64,000 nt of DNA from Desulfobacterales bacterium (GCA_030610995.1 JAUWQO010000001.1:11947-75946); one strand, 5' to 3'. Counted from the first letter of the stretch, positions 28,335-39,577 are shown. The notes: generated by a model not told the origin, from the letters alone. Numbers and translations: made by a program.

Positions 28335-30737
28335 ATGGCTAAATCTGACAGAGATGACCTTATCAGCATTATTGACGGAGATGGAAAGGATGCCGATATA
28401 CCTGCTACTCTACCTTTAATGCCTGTTCGGGATGTAGTGATTTTTAATGATATGCTGCTTCCTCTTTTTGTTGGACGTGAAAAGTCGGTGCGTGCTGTAG
28501 AAGAGGCTATGACAAAGGACAGTTTTTTAATGCTGGTTACCCAGAAAGATCCAAGTATTGAGGACCCAAAGCCCAATGAAATCTACAGTGTTGGAACCGT
28601 CAGCCGTGTCCTTCGCATGTTAAAGCTTCCTGACGGTAGTGTTAAAGCCCTTGTGCAGGGTATTTCCAAAGCTCGGATTGTAAGGTATATAAAAAAGAAG
28701 GATTTATATCTTGTAAAGATTGAAACTATTCCTGAAAACCCTATAAAAAAAATAAACCTTAAAATTGAGGCTATGATGAGGAATGTCAGGGACTATTCCA
28801 TGAAAATCCTGGCACTTCGCGGGGAATTAACAGGCGATGTGAGCAGTATTCTGGAAAGCATAGATGATCCCGGCAAGCTTGCCGACCTTGTTGCCTCGAA
28901 TTTAAAGCTGAAAATAAAGGAGTCGCAAACAGTACTGGAATATATCGATCCTGTAAAGCGTCTCAATAAAGTAAACGACCTGCTCTCCCGTGAAGTCGAG
29001 CTTTCATCCATCCAGGCCAAGATCCAGTCTGATGTCAGGGATGAAATTTCTAAAAATCAGCGAGACTATTTTTTAAGGGAGCAGATGAGAGCTATCCATA
29101 AGGAATTGGGTGACCAGGATGAAAGGAAACAGGAGATAACCGGGTACAACAAAAGGATCAAAAAAGCAAAGATGTCAAAGGAGGCGGCAAAAGAGGCGAA
29201 AAGGCAGCTAAAGCGACTGGAACAGATGCATCCTGACTCTGCGGAAGCTTCGGTAATACGAACCTACCTGGACTGGCTTGTTGATATGCCCTGGAGCATA
29301 ACGACCAAAGATGTAATCAATATAAAGAACGCAAAAAAGCTGCTTGACGAGGACCATTATGCTCTTGACAGGGTAAAGGATCGCGTGTTGGAATATTTGA
29401 GCGTTCGTAAGCTTAACCCTGAGAGCAAAGGCCCGATTATTTGTTTTGTCGGCCCCCCCGGCGTTGGAAAGACCTCGATGGGCCGTTCAATTGCCCGTGC
29501 CATGAAACGAAAATTTGTGCGTATTTCTTTGGGTGGCATACGTGATGAAGCAGAAATAAGAGGTCACCGTCGTACATATATAGGGGCTTTACCCGGACGC
29601 ATATTACAGGGTCTGAAACAGTGCGGCACAAAGAATCCTGTTTTTATGATGGACGAGATCGACAAGCTTGGAGCCGATTTTCGAGGCGATCCTTCCTCCG
29701 CCCTTTTAGAGGCCTTTGACCCCGAGCAGAATTTTTGTTTTAGCGACCACTATCTTAACCTGCCTTTTGATCTGTCAAAGGTTATGTTTGTACTTACAGC
29801 AAACTTGACAGATACTATTCCTTCAGCTCTTCTCGACAGGATGGAGATTATTTCACTTTCCGGATATATGGAAGAGGAAAAAAGGATCATTGCCGAAAAG
29901 TACCTTTTGCCGCGGCAGATAAAGGAAAACGGTTTAAAGCCCAAAACCATGAATATCAGCGCCGGGGCGTTGCAGCAATTAATTAGAGAATACACATCAG
30001 AGGCAGGCTTAAGAAACCTTGAACGGGAGATAGGAAACATCTGTCGAAAGGTGGCCCGCAAAATTGCCGAAGGGGGAAAAAGGCCTTTCAACATCACAAA
30101 AGGCAACCTGCAAAAATATATGGGTGTGCCAAAATATTTCCCTGAAATGGATCAGGAAAACAGCCAGGTTGGCTTGTCAACCGGCCTTGCCTGGACACAG
30201 GCCGGCGGTGAAGTCCTGTATGTGGAAGCCTCTTTGATTAGAGGCAAAGGTGATTTGATTATAACCGGACAGTTAGGTGATGTAATGCAGGAGTCTGCTC
30301 GTGCTGCCGTGACTTATGCCAGGGCAAATCTTAGTTCCTATAAAATAAAAGAAAACCTGTTTGAAAATCATGATGTGCATATCCATGTTCCGGCCGGCGC
30401 TATACCCAAAGATGGGCCGTCTGCCGGCATTGCAATGGCTACAGCCCTTATTTCTGCTTTGACTAATAAGCCGATTTGCAAAGATGTTGCCATGACGGGT
30501 GAAATTACCCTTCGAGGGAGGGTTCTTCCTGTAGGGGGTTTGAAGGAAAAATCTCTTGGAGCTTTAAGGGCAGGGATCCATACTATTATATTGCCTGAGA
30601 AGAACAAAAAGGATTTGACCGAGATTCCGGCGAATGTAAAGCGGAAGATAAGATTTGTTCCTGTAAGCAGCATGGATGAAGTCCTTAGTATATCCTTTGA
30701 AAAGCAAAATAAATCAAAGCAACCGGCAAATAAATGA
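28335..30737 (+). CDS. lon: ATP-dependent Lon protease
   Basis: 800 aa. LON N-terminal domain, Walker A 'GPPGVGKTS', protease 'DGPSAG'. Confidence 0.97.
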   Translation: MAKSDRDDLISIIDGDGKDADIPATLPLMPVRDVVIFNDMLLPLFVGREKSVRAVEEAMTKDSFLMLVTQKDPSIEDPKPNEIYSVGTVSRVLRMLKLPDGSVKALVQGISKARIVRYIKKKDLYLVKIETIPENPIKKINLKIEAMMRNVRDYSMKILALRGELTGDVSSILESIDDPGKLADLVASNLKLKIKESQTVLEYIDPVKRLNKVNDLLSREVELSSIQAKIQSDVRDEISKNQRDYFLREQMRAIHKELGDQDERKQEITGYNKRIKKAKMSKEAAKEAKRQLKRLEQMHPDSAEASVIRTYLDWLVDMPWSITTKDVINIKNAKKLLDEDHYALDRVKDRVLEYLSVRKLNPESKGPIICFVGPPGVGKTSMGRSIARAMKRKFVRISLGGIRDEAEIRGHRRTYIGALPGRILQGLKQCGTKNPVFMMDEIDKLGADFRGDPSSALLEAFDPEQNFCFSDHYLNLPFDLSKVMFVLTANLTDTIPSALLDRMEIISLSGYMEEEKRIIAEKYLLPRQIKENGLKPKTMNISAGALQQLIREYTSEAGLRNLEREIGNICRKVARKIAEGGKRPFNITKGNLQKYMGVPKYFPEMDQENSQVGLSTGLAWTQAGGEVLYVEASLIRGKGDLIITGQLGDVMQESARAAVTYARANLSSYKIKENLFENHDVHIHVPAGAIPKDGPSAGIAMATALISALTNKPICKDVAMTGEITLRGRVLPVGGLKEKSLGALRAGIHTIILPEKNKKDLTEIPANVKRKIRFVPVSSMDEVLSISFEKQNKSKQPANK

Positions 30738-31423
30738 AAATACTTGCTGTTGATACGGCCGTAAAAAGTTGCAGCGTTGCGATAGTTGATAAAGAATCCG
30801 TGCTGGTTGAGTTTACCCTGGGTATCGAACAAACACATTCAAAACATTTAATGTGCATGATAAATAGCGCAATTGAATTATCGGGCATTATTGTTTCCGA
30901 ACTGGATGGATTTGCGGTAACCAGGGGCCCTGGAAGTTTCACCGGTCTTCGAATAGGAATAAGTTCAATAAAGGGGCTGGCTGCTGCAACCCGCAAACCT
31001 TTGGTAGGTGTTTCAAGCCTTGATGTGCTTGCTATGCAGTGTTTTTTTTCTCAATATCTCATCTGTCCTCTTTTAGATGCCCGCAGGGGGGAGGTCTATT
31101 TTTCACGTTACAGGTTTGAACGCGGTATTTTGAAAAAAGAAATTGATGAGCAGGTTCTGCCTCCCGGCGAAGCTGTTTGTGATATTAATGAAGCATGCAT
31201 ATTTGTTGGAGACGGTGCCTTCGTTTATCAAAAGGCTATTAGAGATAAGCTGGGAACCCTTGCACATTTTGCCTTGCCACATCAAAGCACTATTCGGGCT
31301 TCGACGATAGCAAATATCAGCATGGATAGATTTAAAAACAATGACACAGATGATATCTGCAGTTTTGTGCCCTTTTACATACGAAAATCATATGCAGAGC
31401 TAAGCCACAAAAGCTCTCATTGA
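30734..31423 (+). CDS. tsaB: tRNA threonylcarbamoyladenosine biosynthesis protein TsaB
   Basis: 'MKILAVDTA...GPGSFTGLRIG'. 4-nt overlap with lon. Confidence 0.9.
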   Translation: MKILAVDTAVKSCSVAIVDKESVLVEFTLGIEQTHSKHLMCMINSAIELSGIIVSELDGFAVTRGPGSFTGLRIGISSIKGLAAATRKPLVGVSSLDVLAMQCFFSQYLICPLLDARRGEVYFSRYRFERGILKKEIDEQVLPPGEAVCDINEACIFVGDGAFVYQKAIRDKLGTLAHFALPHQSTIRASTIANISMDRFKNNDTDDICSFVPFYIRKSYAELSHKSSH

Positions 31424-31457
31424 CATTATTATTTGATATGATAATATAATTAAATTA

Positions 31458-31688
31458 TATAGGAATTTTCTTTTTTTCACCCTTTAAAGGGAGGGCAGGG
31501 ATCTCAGCTGATTGCAAATTTTAAATAACAAATAGCAAATCACAAATATCAAATAAATTACAATGACCAAAACTCAAAATCCCAAACCCGTATATGATCT
31601 TGAAGAAAGAACATGTTTTGGTCATTGAATATTGAAATTTGGGATTTATTTGTAATTTGATGCTTGGAGTTTGGGATTTTATAAGTTC
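31458..31688. repeat. family H element (reverse orientation)
   Basis: Its reverse complement aligns with 45666-45832, with two extra inserts. It generates the spurious 'MGFICNLML' ORF start. Confidence 0.9.
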
Positions 31689-31833
31689 ATGTAGTAATTT
31701 TTGTGCATTCCCACGCAGGAGCGTGGGAACGAGAGAATGCAAGCGTGTCTGTAATTTGACATCAAACAGCCAGTGTTTATTTTTAAAAAAGCTGAACTGT
31801 TACAAATTAAGCAATATTAAATCAGGAGGCATT

Positions 31834-34422
31834 ATGCGTTTTGATAAATTTACCATAAAATCACAGGAGCTTATTCAAAATGCCCATGCCCTGGCCTCAC
31901 AACATAATAACCAGCAGATTGAGCCTGAACATTTAATGAGCGCGATGTTGGCAGAGGAGGAAGGGATAGCAAAGGCAATGCTCCGCAAGCTTGGCGTTTC
32001 ACCGAACGGCGTTGCTCAGGATATGGCGTTAGCCATTGATAAGCTTCCAAAGATAAGCGGAAGCGGAATGGGTGAGGTTCATATTTCTAAGACAACGAGT
32101 GATGTGCTTGAAGCGGCTTTTGTTGAAGCAGCTAAAATGAAGGATCAATATGTAAGTATTGAGCATATCTTCCTGGCGATTTCAGACAAAAAGGATTGTG
32201 ATGCGGCAAAGATTTTAGGCCGTTACGGGATAAAAAGGGAGTCTGTCCTAAAGGTTCTTATGGATATTCGCGGATCGCAAAGGATAACCGATCCTAATCC
32301 TGAAGAAAAATATCAGGCTCTTGACAGGTTCAGCCGAGACCTTACCGATCTTGCCCGCCTTGGGAAGCTTGACCCGGTTATCGGCCGTGATGACGAAATC
32401 AGGCGCATTGCTCAGGTGCTTTCGAGACGCACCAAGAACAATCCTGTTATCATAGGCGAGCCCGGGGTCGGAAAGACAGCGATTGTTGAAGGCCTTGCCC
32501 AGCGCATAATTGAAGGGGATGTATCCGAGAGTCTGAAAAATCGTCGTGTTGTATGCCTGGATATGGGAGCGCTGATTGCGGGCGCCAAGTACAGGGGCGA
32601 ATTTGAGGATCGCTTAAAGGCGGTTTTAAAAGAGGTGGAGCGCGCAGAGGGAGAGGTAATCCTTTTCATAGATGAGCTTCATACCTTGGTCGGGGCAGGC
32701 GCAAGCGAAGGATCGATGGATGCCTCAAACATGTTAAAGCCTGCCCTTGCCAGGGGAACACTGCGGTGCGTAGGCGCGACCACATTGAAAGAATACAGGA
32801 AATATATTGAAAAGGACGCCGCGCTTGAAAGGCGGTTTCAACCGGTAATGGTGCGTGAGCCAAGCGTGGAGGATACGATTTCCATTCTTCGCGGTTTAAA
32901 GGAAAAGTACGAGGTGCACCACGGCGTGCGGATTAAAGATTCAGCTATAGTAGCTGCCGCAACCCTTTCAAACCGCTATATTGCAGATCGTTTTCTTCCG
33001 GACAAGGCGATTGATCTGATGGATGAATGCGCTTCAAAGCTCAGAATAGAAATAGATAGTATGCCTGCGGAAATAGATGAGGTTCAACATAAAATAACCC
33101 AGACTGAAATAGAGCGGCAAGCCTTGAAAAAGGAGTCTGATCCAGCATCAAAGGAGAGGCTTGCAAAGCTTGAAAAGGAGCTGGAGATCATGCAGGGTGA
33201 GCTCGATAAAATGAAAGGCCACTGGAGTAGTGAAAAAGAGGCAATTAAAACAATAAGAGAGATCAAGGAAAAGATCGAGCAGTTAGGCATTGAAGAGCAG
33301 CAGGCTGAAAGGGATGGAGATCTGGCAAAGGTTGCTGAAATCAGATACGGAAAGGCGGCTGATCTTAGAAAACGCTTAGATGAGGCAAAGGTAAAACTAT
33401 CTAATCTTCAGGAATCCGGCAAAATGCTGAAAGAGGAGGTTGATGATGAAGATATTGCCAAGGTTATATTCAGGTGGACCGGGATTCCTGTCAGCAAAAT
33501 GCTTGAGGGCGAGATGGAAAAACTTGTTCATATGGAGGATCGCCTGAGACGCAGGGTTATCGGACAGGAGGAGGCGGTCGAGGCCGTGTCAAATGCGGTT
33601 CGACGCGCACGCTCGGGCATTCAGGATCAAAACCGCCCTATAGGATCCTTTATTTTTATGGGGCCGACAGGTGTAGGAAAAACCGAGCTTGCCAAGGCAC
33701 TGGCGGAATTTATTTTTGACAGTGAACAGGCAATGGTGCGGATCGACATGTCTGAATACATGGAAAAATATTCTGTATCAAGGCTTATCGGCGCGCCGCC
33801 CGGTTATGTGGGATACGAAGAAGGCGGCTACTTAACGGAGGCCGTTCGCAGGAGGCCTTATTCCGTGGTGCTGTTTGATGAAATTGAAAAGGCTCATCCC
33901 GAAGTTTTTAATGTTTTGCTCCAGATCTTAGATGACGGACGCATGACAGACGGCCACGGAAGAACAGTCAATTTTAAAAATACCATAATTATCATGACTT
34001 CAAACGTCGGCAGCCAATGGATTCAGGAGCTTGGCGCTTCAAGACGGGAAGAGATGGAATCAAGGGTGACGGAAGCTCTTCACGCAAATTTTAAGCCTGA
34101 ATTTTTAAACAGAATAGATGACATAATAATTTTCCATAACCTTACAGCGGAACAGACTCGTGAAATAGTGGGGATTCAGATAAAAAGACTCAGCGCAAGA
34201 CTTTCTGAAAAGAAGATTAATCTGGTCATTTCAGATGGAGCTATGTCGTTTCTTGCTGATAAAGGTTATGATCCAATATACGGCGCGCGGCCATTAAAGC
34301 GCGCAATACAAAAGTATATTGAAAATCCCCTGGCCATGGAGATCCTTAAGGGGCAGATTCCTGAAGGGGCGAGTGTAACAGCCGATGCGGAAGAGGATCA
34401 AATTGTTTTTCGAGACATTTGA
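31834..34422 (+). CDS. clpB: ATP-dependent chaperone ClpB
   Basis: Start set to 'MRFDKFT' with AGGAGG upstream. Two AAA+ modules ('GEPGVGKTA', 'GPTGVGKTE') and a coiled-coil M-domain. Confidence 0.97.
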   Translation: MRFDKFTIKSQELIQNAHALASQHNNQQIEPEHLMSAMLAEEEGIAKAMLRKLGVSPNGVAQDMALAIDKLPKISGSGMGEVHISKTTSDVLEAAFVEAAKMKDQYVSIEHIFLAISDKKDCDAAKILGRYGIKRESVLKVLMDIRGSQRITDPNPEEKYQALDRFSRDLTDLARLGKLDPVIGRDDEIRRIAQVLSRRTKNNPVIIGEPGVGKTAIVEGLAQRIIEGDVSESLKNRRVVCLDMGALIAGAKYRGEFEDRLKAVLKEVERAEGEVILFIDELHTLVGAGASEGSMDASNMLKPALARGTLRCVGATTLKEYRKYIEKDAALERRFQPVMVREPSVEDTISILRGLKEKYEVHHGVRIKDSAIVAAATLSNRYIADRFLPDKAIDLMDECASKLRIEIDSMPAEIDEVQHKITQTEIERQALKKESDPASKERLAKLEKELEIMQGELDKMKGHWSSEKEAIKTIREIKEKIEQLGIEEQQAERDGDLAKVAEIRYGKAADLRKRLDEAKVKLSNLQESGKMLKEEVDDEDIAKVIFRWTGIPVSKMLEGEMEKLVHMEDRLRRRVIGQEEAVEAVSNAVRRARSGIQDQNRPIGSFIFMGPTGVGKTELAKALAEFIFDSEQAMVRIDMSEYMEKYSVSRLIGAPPGYVGYEEGGYLTEAVRRRPYSVVLFDEIEKAHPEVFNVLLQILDDGRMTDGHGRTVNFKNTIIIMTSNVGSQWIQELGASRREEMESRVTEALHANFKPEFLNRIDDIIIFHNLTAEQTREIVGIQIKRLSARLSEKKINLVISDGAMSFLADKGYDPIYGARPLKRAIQKYIENPLAMEILKGQIPEGASVTADAEEDQIVFRDI

Positions 34423-34508
34423 CTTTTGGTGAACAGAAAGTTGCAATCAAACGTAAAGTAAGGTATCTTGATAAAAATTGTCAAAAAAGTTTCTTTGAAA
34501 GATTGTAA

Positions 34509-34711
34509 TAATTTAGCGCTTTGAAAATTTGGCTTTTTTCGTTGAGATATTGCTAATCCGAAAAAGCATTATTTGAATATCGAATATCGAACAAGGAATT
34601 TCGAATGATGAATTGTGGAATCGCTACGCTCTATCTTTTATAGTAGTAAAAATGATAGAATACCTTACTTCGACATTCATAATTCCTTGTTCGATATTCT
34701 GCGGTTCAAAA
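34509..34711. repeat. family E element, copy 2
   Basis: Same left 'taatttagcgcttt' and 'gaatatcgaatatcgaacaaggaatttcgaat'. The right arm is identical to copy 1. Confidence 0.9.
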
Positions 34712-34841
34712 TAAATCCGTAAGTTTGAATTCGTTTTAAAAAGCTAAAGTGTTACTATTTTTCTTGTTTATCCTGTCAGATTTTTTTTCAAAGGGCTAAA
34801 ATATTACAAAACTTTTTGGTTGTTGTTGCGGAGTATTTGAT

Positions 34842-36125
34842 ATGAAATACAAATTTTTCATAATCACCCTGTTGGCATTATTGCTGTTTTCTTTTGTAAA
34901 TGCTTTTGCAGGGGAAAATGAAATCTATATTATCAAGGCATCAGGCGCAGTAAGCCCTGCCCTAGCCGACTTTTTAAAACAGGGGATTAAGAAGGCGTCA
35001 GATAATGATGTTTCCTGCATTATCATTGAGCTTAATACCCCGGGAGGCCTGGCTGAATCTATGCGTGATATTGTAATGGCCATACTTGCAAGCAAGGTTC
35101 CTGTTGTGGTCTATGTCTCTCCCAGCGGGGCAAGGGCTGCCTCGGCAGGGGTTATGATTACTATGGCGGCAGATATTGCCGCAATGGCTCCGGGAACAAA
35201 TATCGGCGCTGCGCATCCGGTAGGAGCCGGAGGGAAAGAGATAGAAAAAGTCATGTCTGAAAAGGTAGTTAATGACATGGTGGCTCACGCCAGGAGTATT
35301 GCAGGCAAACGGGGGCGAAATGCAGAGTGGGTTGAAAAGGCCATTCGTGAAAATGTTTCTGTAACGGAAACCGAGGCCCTGAAAGAAAATGTCATCGATA
35401 TAGTGGCAACAGATATGGATGATCTGATCAGACAGATTAACGGCCGTGAAATTAAGGACAAGGAAGTGATTAACCTTGACAATCCCACAAGGACAATACT
35501 GGAAGAAACTATAAGAACAAAAATTTTAAAGATAATAAGCGATCCTAATATCGCATATATTCTTATGATGATAGGCATGGCCGGGATCTATTTTGAACTA
35601 TCGCATCCTGGCGCTATTTTCCCCGGAGTGGTCGGAGCCATTGCAATTGTATTGGCATTTTTTGCCTTTCAGACACTTCCCGTCAACTATGCAGGCATAC
35701 TCCTTATTATACTTGGGCTGATATTTTTTATTATGGAGATGATGATTGCAAGCTATGGCCTTCTCAGCATAGCAGGGATAACCTCACTTTTTTTAGGCTC
35801 CCTGATGTTGTTTGAAAATGTAAGTCCTGAACTAAGGGTAGCGTGGCATGTGCTTTTGCCAACAATTGTTATAGTCTCAGCTTTTTTTGTCACACTTGCG
35901 AGCCTGGTTTTTAAGGCGCAGGTATCAAAGCCTAAAACAGGCGCAAATGGCCTTGTCGGTGAAATCGGAGTTGTAAAAGAGAATATCATGCCGGAAGGCA
36001 AGGTCTTTGTGCATGGGGAGCTCTGGAATGCGACTTCAAAAAGCATGATAAACAAAGGAACAAAAGTAAGGGTGATAAAGGTGGTAAATCTTATGCTTGA
36101 TGTTGAGCCGGTCAATTTTAAATGA
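34842..36125 (+). CDS. NfeD-family membrane-bound serine protease
   Basis: 427 aa. Signal peptide, ClpP-like domain, transmembrane segments, C-terminal NfeD OB domain. Upstream of an SPFH gene. Confidence 0.85.
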   Translation: MKYKFFIITLLALLLFSFVNAFAGENEIYIIKASGAVSPALADFLKQGIKKASDNDVSCIIIELNTPGGLAESMRDIVMAILASKVPVVVYVSPSGARAASAGVMITMAADIAAMAPGTNIGAAHPVGAGGKEIEKVMSEKVVNDMVAHARSIAGKRGRNAEWVEKAIRENVSVTETEALKENVIDIVATDMDDLIRQINGREIKDKEVINLDNPTRTILEETIRTKILKIISDPNIAYILMMIGMAGIYFELSHPGAIFPGVVGAIAIVLAFFAFQTLPVNYAGILLIILGLIFFIMEMMIASYGLLSIAGITSLFLGSLMLFENVSPELRVAWHVLLPTIVIVSAFFVTLASLVFKAQVSKPKTGANGLVGEIGVVKENIMPEGKVFVHGELWNATSKSMINKGTKVRVIKVVNLMLDVEPVNFK

Positions 36126-36183
36126 CCAAGCATTCTTTGTGCCTTTGATAGCTTTGCATACCCCCCGTTTTTGCTCAATTTTG

Positions 36184-36264
36184 GTCATTGCGAGGAGCAA
36201 AGCGACGTGGCAATCTTGTGGATTATCAACATGTTTTGAGATTGCTTCGCTTCGCTCGCAATGA
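36184..36264. repeat. family B hairpin
   Basis: 'gtcattgcgaggagcaaagcgacgtggcaatct' faces 'gagattgcttcgcttcgctcgcaatgac'. Reverse orientation of 15543-15623. Confidence 0.9.
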
Positions 36265-36346
36265 CAATGCCGAGGTTTTTCAAAGGTCTTTTTTTGAGCC
36301 TTGGTGGCCGAACTATTACAAACTTATTTTAAAAAAGGAGAATAAA

Positions 36347-37102
36347 ATGTATACAGTAATTGCAGTTGTTATACTTGTAGCCCTTTTTCTGTCAGCAGCC
36401 ATACGAATATTAAATGAGTATGAACGCGCGGTTATATTCAGGCTTGGCAGGGTTATAAAGGCAAAAGGGCCCGGCCTGATCATACTTATTCCCATTGTAG
36501 ATAAAATGGTAAAGGTAAGTATGCGTCTTGTGGCCATGGATGTGGACCCGCAGGATGTTATAACCAGGGATAATGTTTCGGTAAAGGTTAATGCTGTAAT
36601 CTATTTCAGGGTCATCGATTCGATAAAGGCTATAGTTGAGGTTGAGCAATACAACTATGCTATGTCTCAACTCGCCCAGACAACCCTGAGAAGTGTGTGC
36701 GGCCAGGCAGAGTTAGATGAGCTTTTGTCTGCAAGGGAAAAGATTAATGAGCAGCTTCAAGTAATACTGGATACACATACAGATCCGTGGGGATTAAAGG
36801 TTGCAACCGTGGAACTGAAGCATATTGATTTGCCCCAGGAGATGCAACGCTCGATGGCCAAGCAGGCTGAGGCGGAAAGGGAACGTCGCGCCAAGGTAAT
36901 TAATGCAGAAGGGGAATTTCAGGCTGCGACAAAGCTGGCTGAAGCATCGAAAATAATTGAAAATCACCCTACGGCCTTGCAACTCAGGTATCTCCAGACA
37001 ATGCGCGAGATGTCGGCAGAGCAGAATACAACAACAATTTTTCCGTTTCCAATTGAACTTTTCAAGCCATTTATGAAACTTCTTGATAAAGAAGGCAAAT
37101 AA
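36347..37102 (+). CDS. SPFH/band-7 (stomatin-like) protein
   Basis: Start set to 'MYTVIAVV'. '[16 protein letters not shown]' and the SPFH domain. Paired with nfeD. Confidence 0.9.
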   Translation: MYTVIAVVILVALFLSAAIRILNEYERAVIFRLGRVIKAKGPGLIILIPIVDKMVKVSMRLVAMDVDPQDVITRDNVSVKVNAVIYFRVIDSIKAIVEVEQYNYAMSQLAQTTLRSVCGQAELDELLSAREKINEQLQVILDTHTDPWGLKVATVELKHIDLPQEMQRSMAKQAEAERERRAKVINAEGEFQAATKLAEASKIIENHPTALQLRYLQTMREMSAEQNTTTIFPFPIELFKPFMKLLDKEGK

Positions 37103-37110
37103 ATATGTTT

Positions 37111-37364
37111 ACCGTTCACGGGTTCAGAGGTTCAAGGTTCAAAGGTTCAGGATAAAGCTATTAGCCATTAGCTCTTAGCTGAAGGTGTTAACTGTTTGAT
37201 TTTTTAAGCTAACGCGCAGCGCAGGCGCTTGCGCCGCGTGAGGCTAATTGCTAAAAGCTAACTGCTAACAATCTTCGATTTAAAAATATTGGTGCATAGC
37301 AGTTGCCCGGCGCTCCAAGAAAAATAACCCTGAACCTCTGAACCGTGAACCTGTGAACGGTTAC
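37111..37364. repeat. family C variant ('accgttcacgg...ctgtgaacggt' termini; 'ggttca' and 'gctaa' word arms; GC palindrome core)
   Basis: Flanked by 'taaatatgttt' at 37100-37110 and at 37365-37375. Confidence 0.85.
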
Positions 37365-37496
37365 TAAATATGTTTAGCCTGTACAAGGCCATCAACTATT
37401 GACATAATAAAATAAAATAGTTAAAAGAACTATTTTTCTTGTCATGATTAACGGTTTTTCAAAACCATCAAGGATAGAAAAGGAGATTTGCTGGAT

Positions 37497-37826
37497 ATGG
37501 GCACTAAGAAAAAAAAGGAGATCAAGGAAAAACCTTTAGATAAAATGACTGCCAAGGAGCTAAGGGAGGTAGCCAAAGAGATCGCCGAAATTACCGGTGT
37601 TCATGGAATGAATAAGGCAGAGCTGATCAGTTCAATAAAAAAGGCAAGGGGGATCGAAGATACGCCGGGAAGAAAAACCAATGCATTGGTCCGCGATATC
37701 AAGTTGAAAATCAGAAAATTAAAGGTTGAGAAAGAAGCTTTTTTAAAGGCTGATAATAAAAAGATGGTAATTATTTCAAAGCGGCGCATTACCAGGCTGA
37801 AGAAAAAAACAAGAAAAGCAGCATAA
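37497..37826 (+). CDS. small Lys-rich protein with a Rho-N/SAP-like helix-hairpin
   Basis: 109 aa. 'MTAKELREVAKEIAEITGVHGMNKAELISSIKKARG'. AGGAG lies 11 nt upstream of the ATG. Confidence 0.55.
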   Translation: MGTKKKKEIKEKPLDKMTAKELREVAKEIAEITGVHGMNKAELISSIKKARGIEDTPGRKTNALVRDIKLKIRKLKVEKEAFLKADNKKMVIISKRRITRLKKKTRKAA

Positions 37827-38057
37827 TTTAGCTTTATTTGTAATAATTCAGCCACAAAGGCACTAAGATTATAATATAATTTTTAATATACAGTATATGC
37901 CGTATCTACAACTTTTTTCTTCTCTTTTTTGATAACGCTTTAAAATTAAAGTTTTTTTGTGCCTTTGTGACTTAGTGGCTGAACTCTTACCTTTATTTCA
38001 AAAAAATATTGTTTCACGCAAAGGCGCAAAGACGCTAAGTTTTAAAAAGTGATATTT

Positions 38058-38627
38058 ATGATCAATCCGTCCTCTATAGCTTTTGATGTTGATGGGGTTT
38101 TTGCCGATACCATGACATTGTTTCTTGATATAGCGCACAAGGAGTATGGCATAAATTGGATCAGGCCTGAAGATATTACCTGTTATTCTATTGAGGATTG
38201 CCTTGATATCGATAAAAACATTGTTCAAGACATATTAAACCGCATACTTGATGGCAGTTATGATATGACTTTAAAACCTATAGCCGGCGCTCCGGAAGTG
38301 TTGACGAAACTTGGGAAAAGCCAAAAACAGCTCCTCTTTGTAACAGCGCGACCTTATTTGGGACCCATTCACGATTGGATGTTAAGCATCCTGCCGCTTA
38401 AGCCTGATTCAATAGAGATTGTTACAACAGGCACATTTGAAGGCAAATCAGATGTTCTTTTGAGCAGAAATATAGCCTATTTTGTTGAAGACAGGCTCGA
38501 GACATGTTTTAGGCTTAAAGAAGCCGGCATAACTCCGGTTTTGTTCAAGCAGCCGTGGAACAGGGAGGCTCATCCATTTATGGAGATTGAAACCTGGGGC
38601 GATCTTGAAGAGCTAATTAAATTTTGA
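38058..38627 (+). CDS. HAD-superfamily hydrolase (5'(3')-deoxyribonucleotidase-like)
   Basis: HAD motif I 'AFDVDGVFAD'; 'VTAR'; 'VEDR'. Confidence 0.65.
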   Translation: MINPSSIAFDVDGVFADTMTLFLDIAHKEYGINWIRPEDITCYSIEDCLDIDKNIVQDILNRILDGSYDMTLKPIAGAPEVLTKLGKSQKQLLFVTARPYLGPIHDWMLSILPLKPDSIEIVTTGTFEGKSDVLLSRNIAYFVEDRLETCFRLKEAGITPVLFKQPWNREAHPFMEIETWGDLEELIKF

Positions 38628-39577
38628 TGATTTCATCTGCTTTCAAAAAGTTAATCGGATCTTTTATCGAATTTCTTTCCCTGGAAAAGGGGTATTCCAA
38701 AAACACCTCTCGCGCATATCTGCACGATCTTGAAGAGTTTGCATCCTTTCTCTCTCAAAACCGGTCTTTAATGGTGGGAAAGAGTAATTATGCAGGTTCA
38801 TATAAAGAAAATCAGGTCGGAGTGGATGAAGTAAGCCCATTGATAATAAGGGGTTATTTGGGATTTTTACACAAAAAGAACAAAAAGGTAACCATAGCAC
38901 GCAAGCTTTCCTCTTTGCGTTCCTTTTTCAGATATCTTGTGAAGCATGGTGTAATTACTGATAACCCGGCTGATTTGATTCTTTCGCCAAAACAAAGAAA
39001 GGCTATTCCTGCCTATCTGACGGTTGACGACACATTCATACTGCTGAATTCAATAAAGACAGACACCTTGGCCGGCCTGAGGAATTGCGCTATTTTTGAG
39101 TCCCTATATTCGAGCGGAATAAGAGTATCTGAGCTTGCGGGACTGAATTTGATTGACGTGGATTTTACGAGCTGTGTTATCCGTGTTTTTGGAAAAGGCA
39201 ACAAGGAAAGAATTGTGCCGATCGGTAAAAAAGCTCTTGATGCAATAAAGGCTTATAGAAAAAGGCTGCGCCTGGAAGCAGGCACGCAAGCTGATGAAAA
39301 CGGCCCGTTATTTCTAAACAAAAGCCATGGCCGTCTTACAGCAAGATCTATTGCCCGTATCCTTGACAAGGTTGCAAAAGAAAGCGGCCTCTTAATGCCT
39401 GTTTCACCACATGCTTTGCGTCACTCGTTTGCAACACACATGCTTGACGCGGGAGCGGATTTAAGGGTCGTGCAGGAACTCTTAGGGCATAAAAACCTTT
39501 CTACTACACAAAAATATACACATGTGAGCATAGACAGACTAATGGAAACCTATGACAAAGCCCATCCCAGACGATAA
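38624..39577 (+). CDS. xerC: tyrosine recombinase XerC/XerD
   Basis: 317 aa with the 'R..H..R..Y' catalytic set ('HALRHSFATH', 'LGHKNLSTTQKYTHV'). Upstream of hslVU. Confidence 0.88.
   Translation: MMISSAFKKLIGSFIEFLSLEKGYSKNTSRAYLHDLEEFASFLSQNRSLMVGKSNYAGSYKENQVGVDEVSPLIIRGYLGFLHKKNKKVTIARKLSSLRSFFRYLVKHGVITDNPADLILSPKQRKAIPAYLTVDDTFILLNSIKTDTLAGLRNCAIFESLYSSGIRVSELAGLNLIDVDFTSCVIRVFGKGNKERIVPIGKKALDAIKAYRKRLRLEAGTQADENGPLFLNKSHGRLTARSIARILDKVAKESGLLMPVSPHALRHSFATHMLDAGADLRVVQELLGHKNLSTTQKYTHVSIDRLMETYDKAHPRR

Noticed and set aside
31745-31790. Candidate promoter 'ttgaca-N16-tatttt' upstream of clpB, and a search for a CIRCE or sigma-32 box.
   Set aside because: The -10 region is weak and no CIRCE inverted repeat was found. 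Not strong enough to annotate.
31639-31833. N-terminal extensions and stand-alone ORFs encoded by repeats. Examples: 'MGFICNLML...' (31639 plus strand and 45227-45715 minus strand), 39723-39953 ('RRSTFDVRRS...'), 36188-36346, 47321-47455, 23969-24028, 13326-13385, 19828-20010 and 20109-20558.
   Set aside because: The sequences are copies of dispersed inverted-repeat elements. The real genes have good internal ATG starts with Shine-Dalgarno sites and canonical N-termini.
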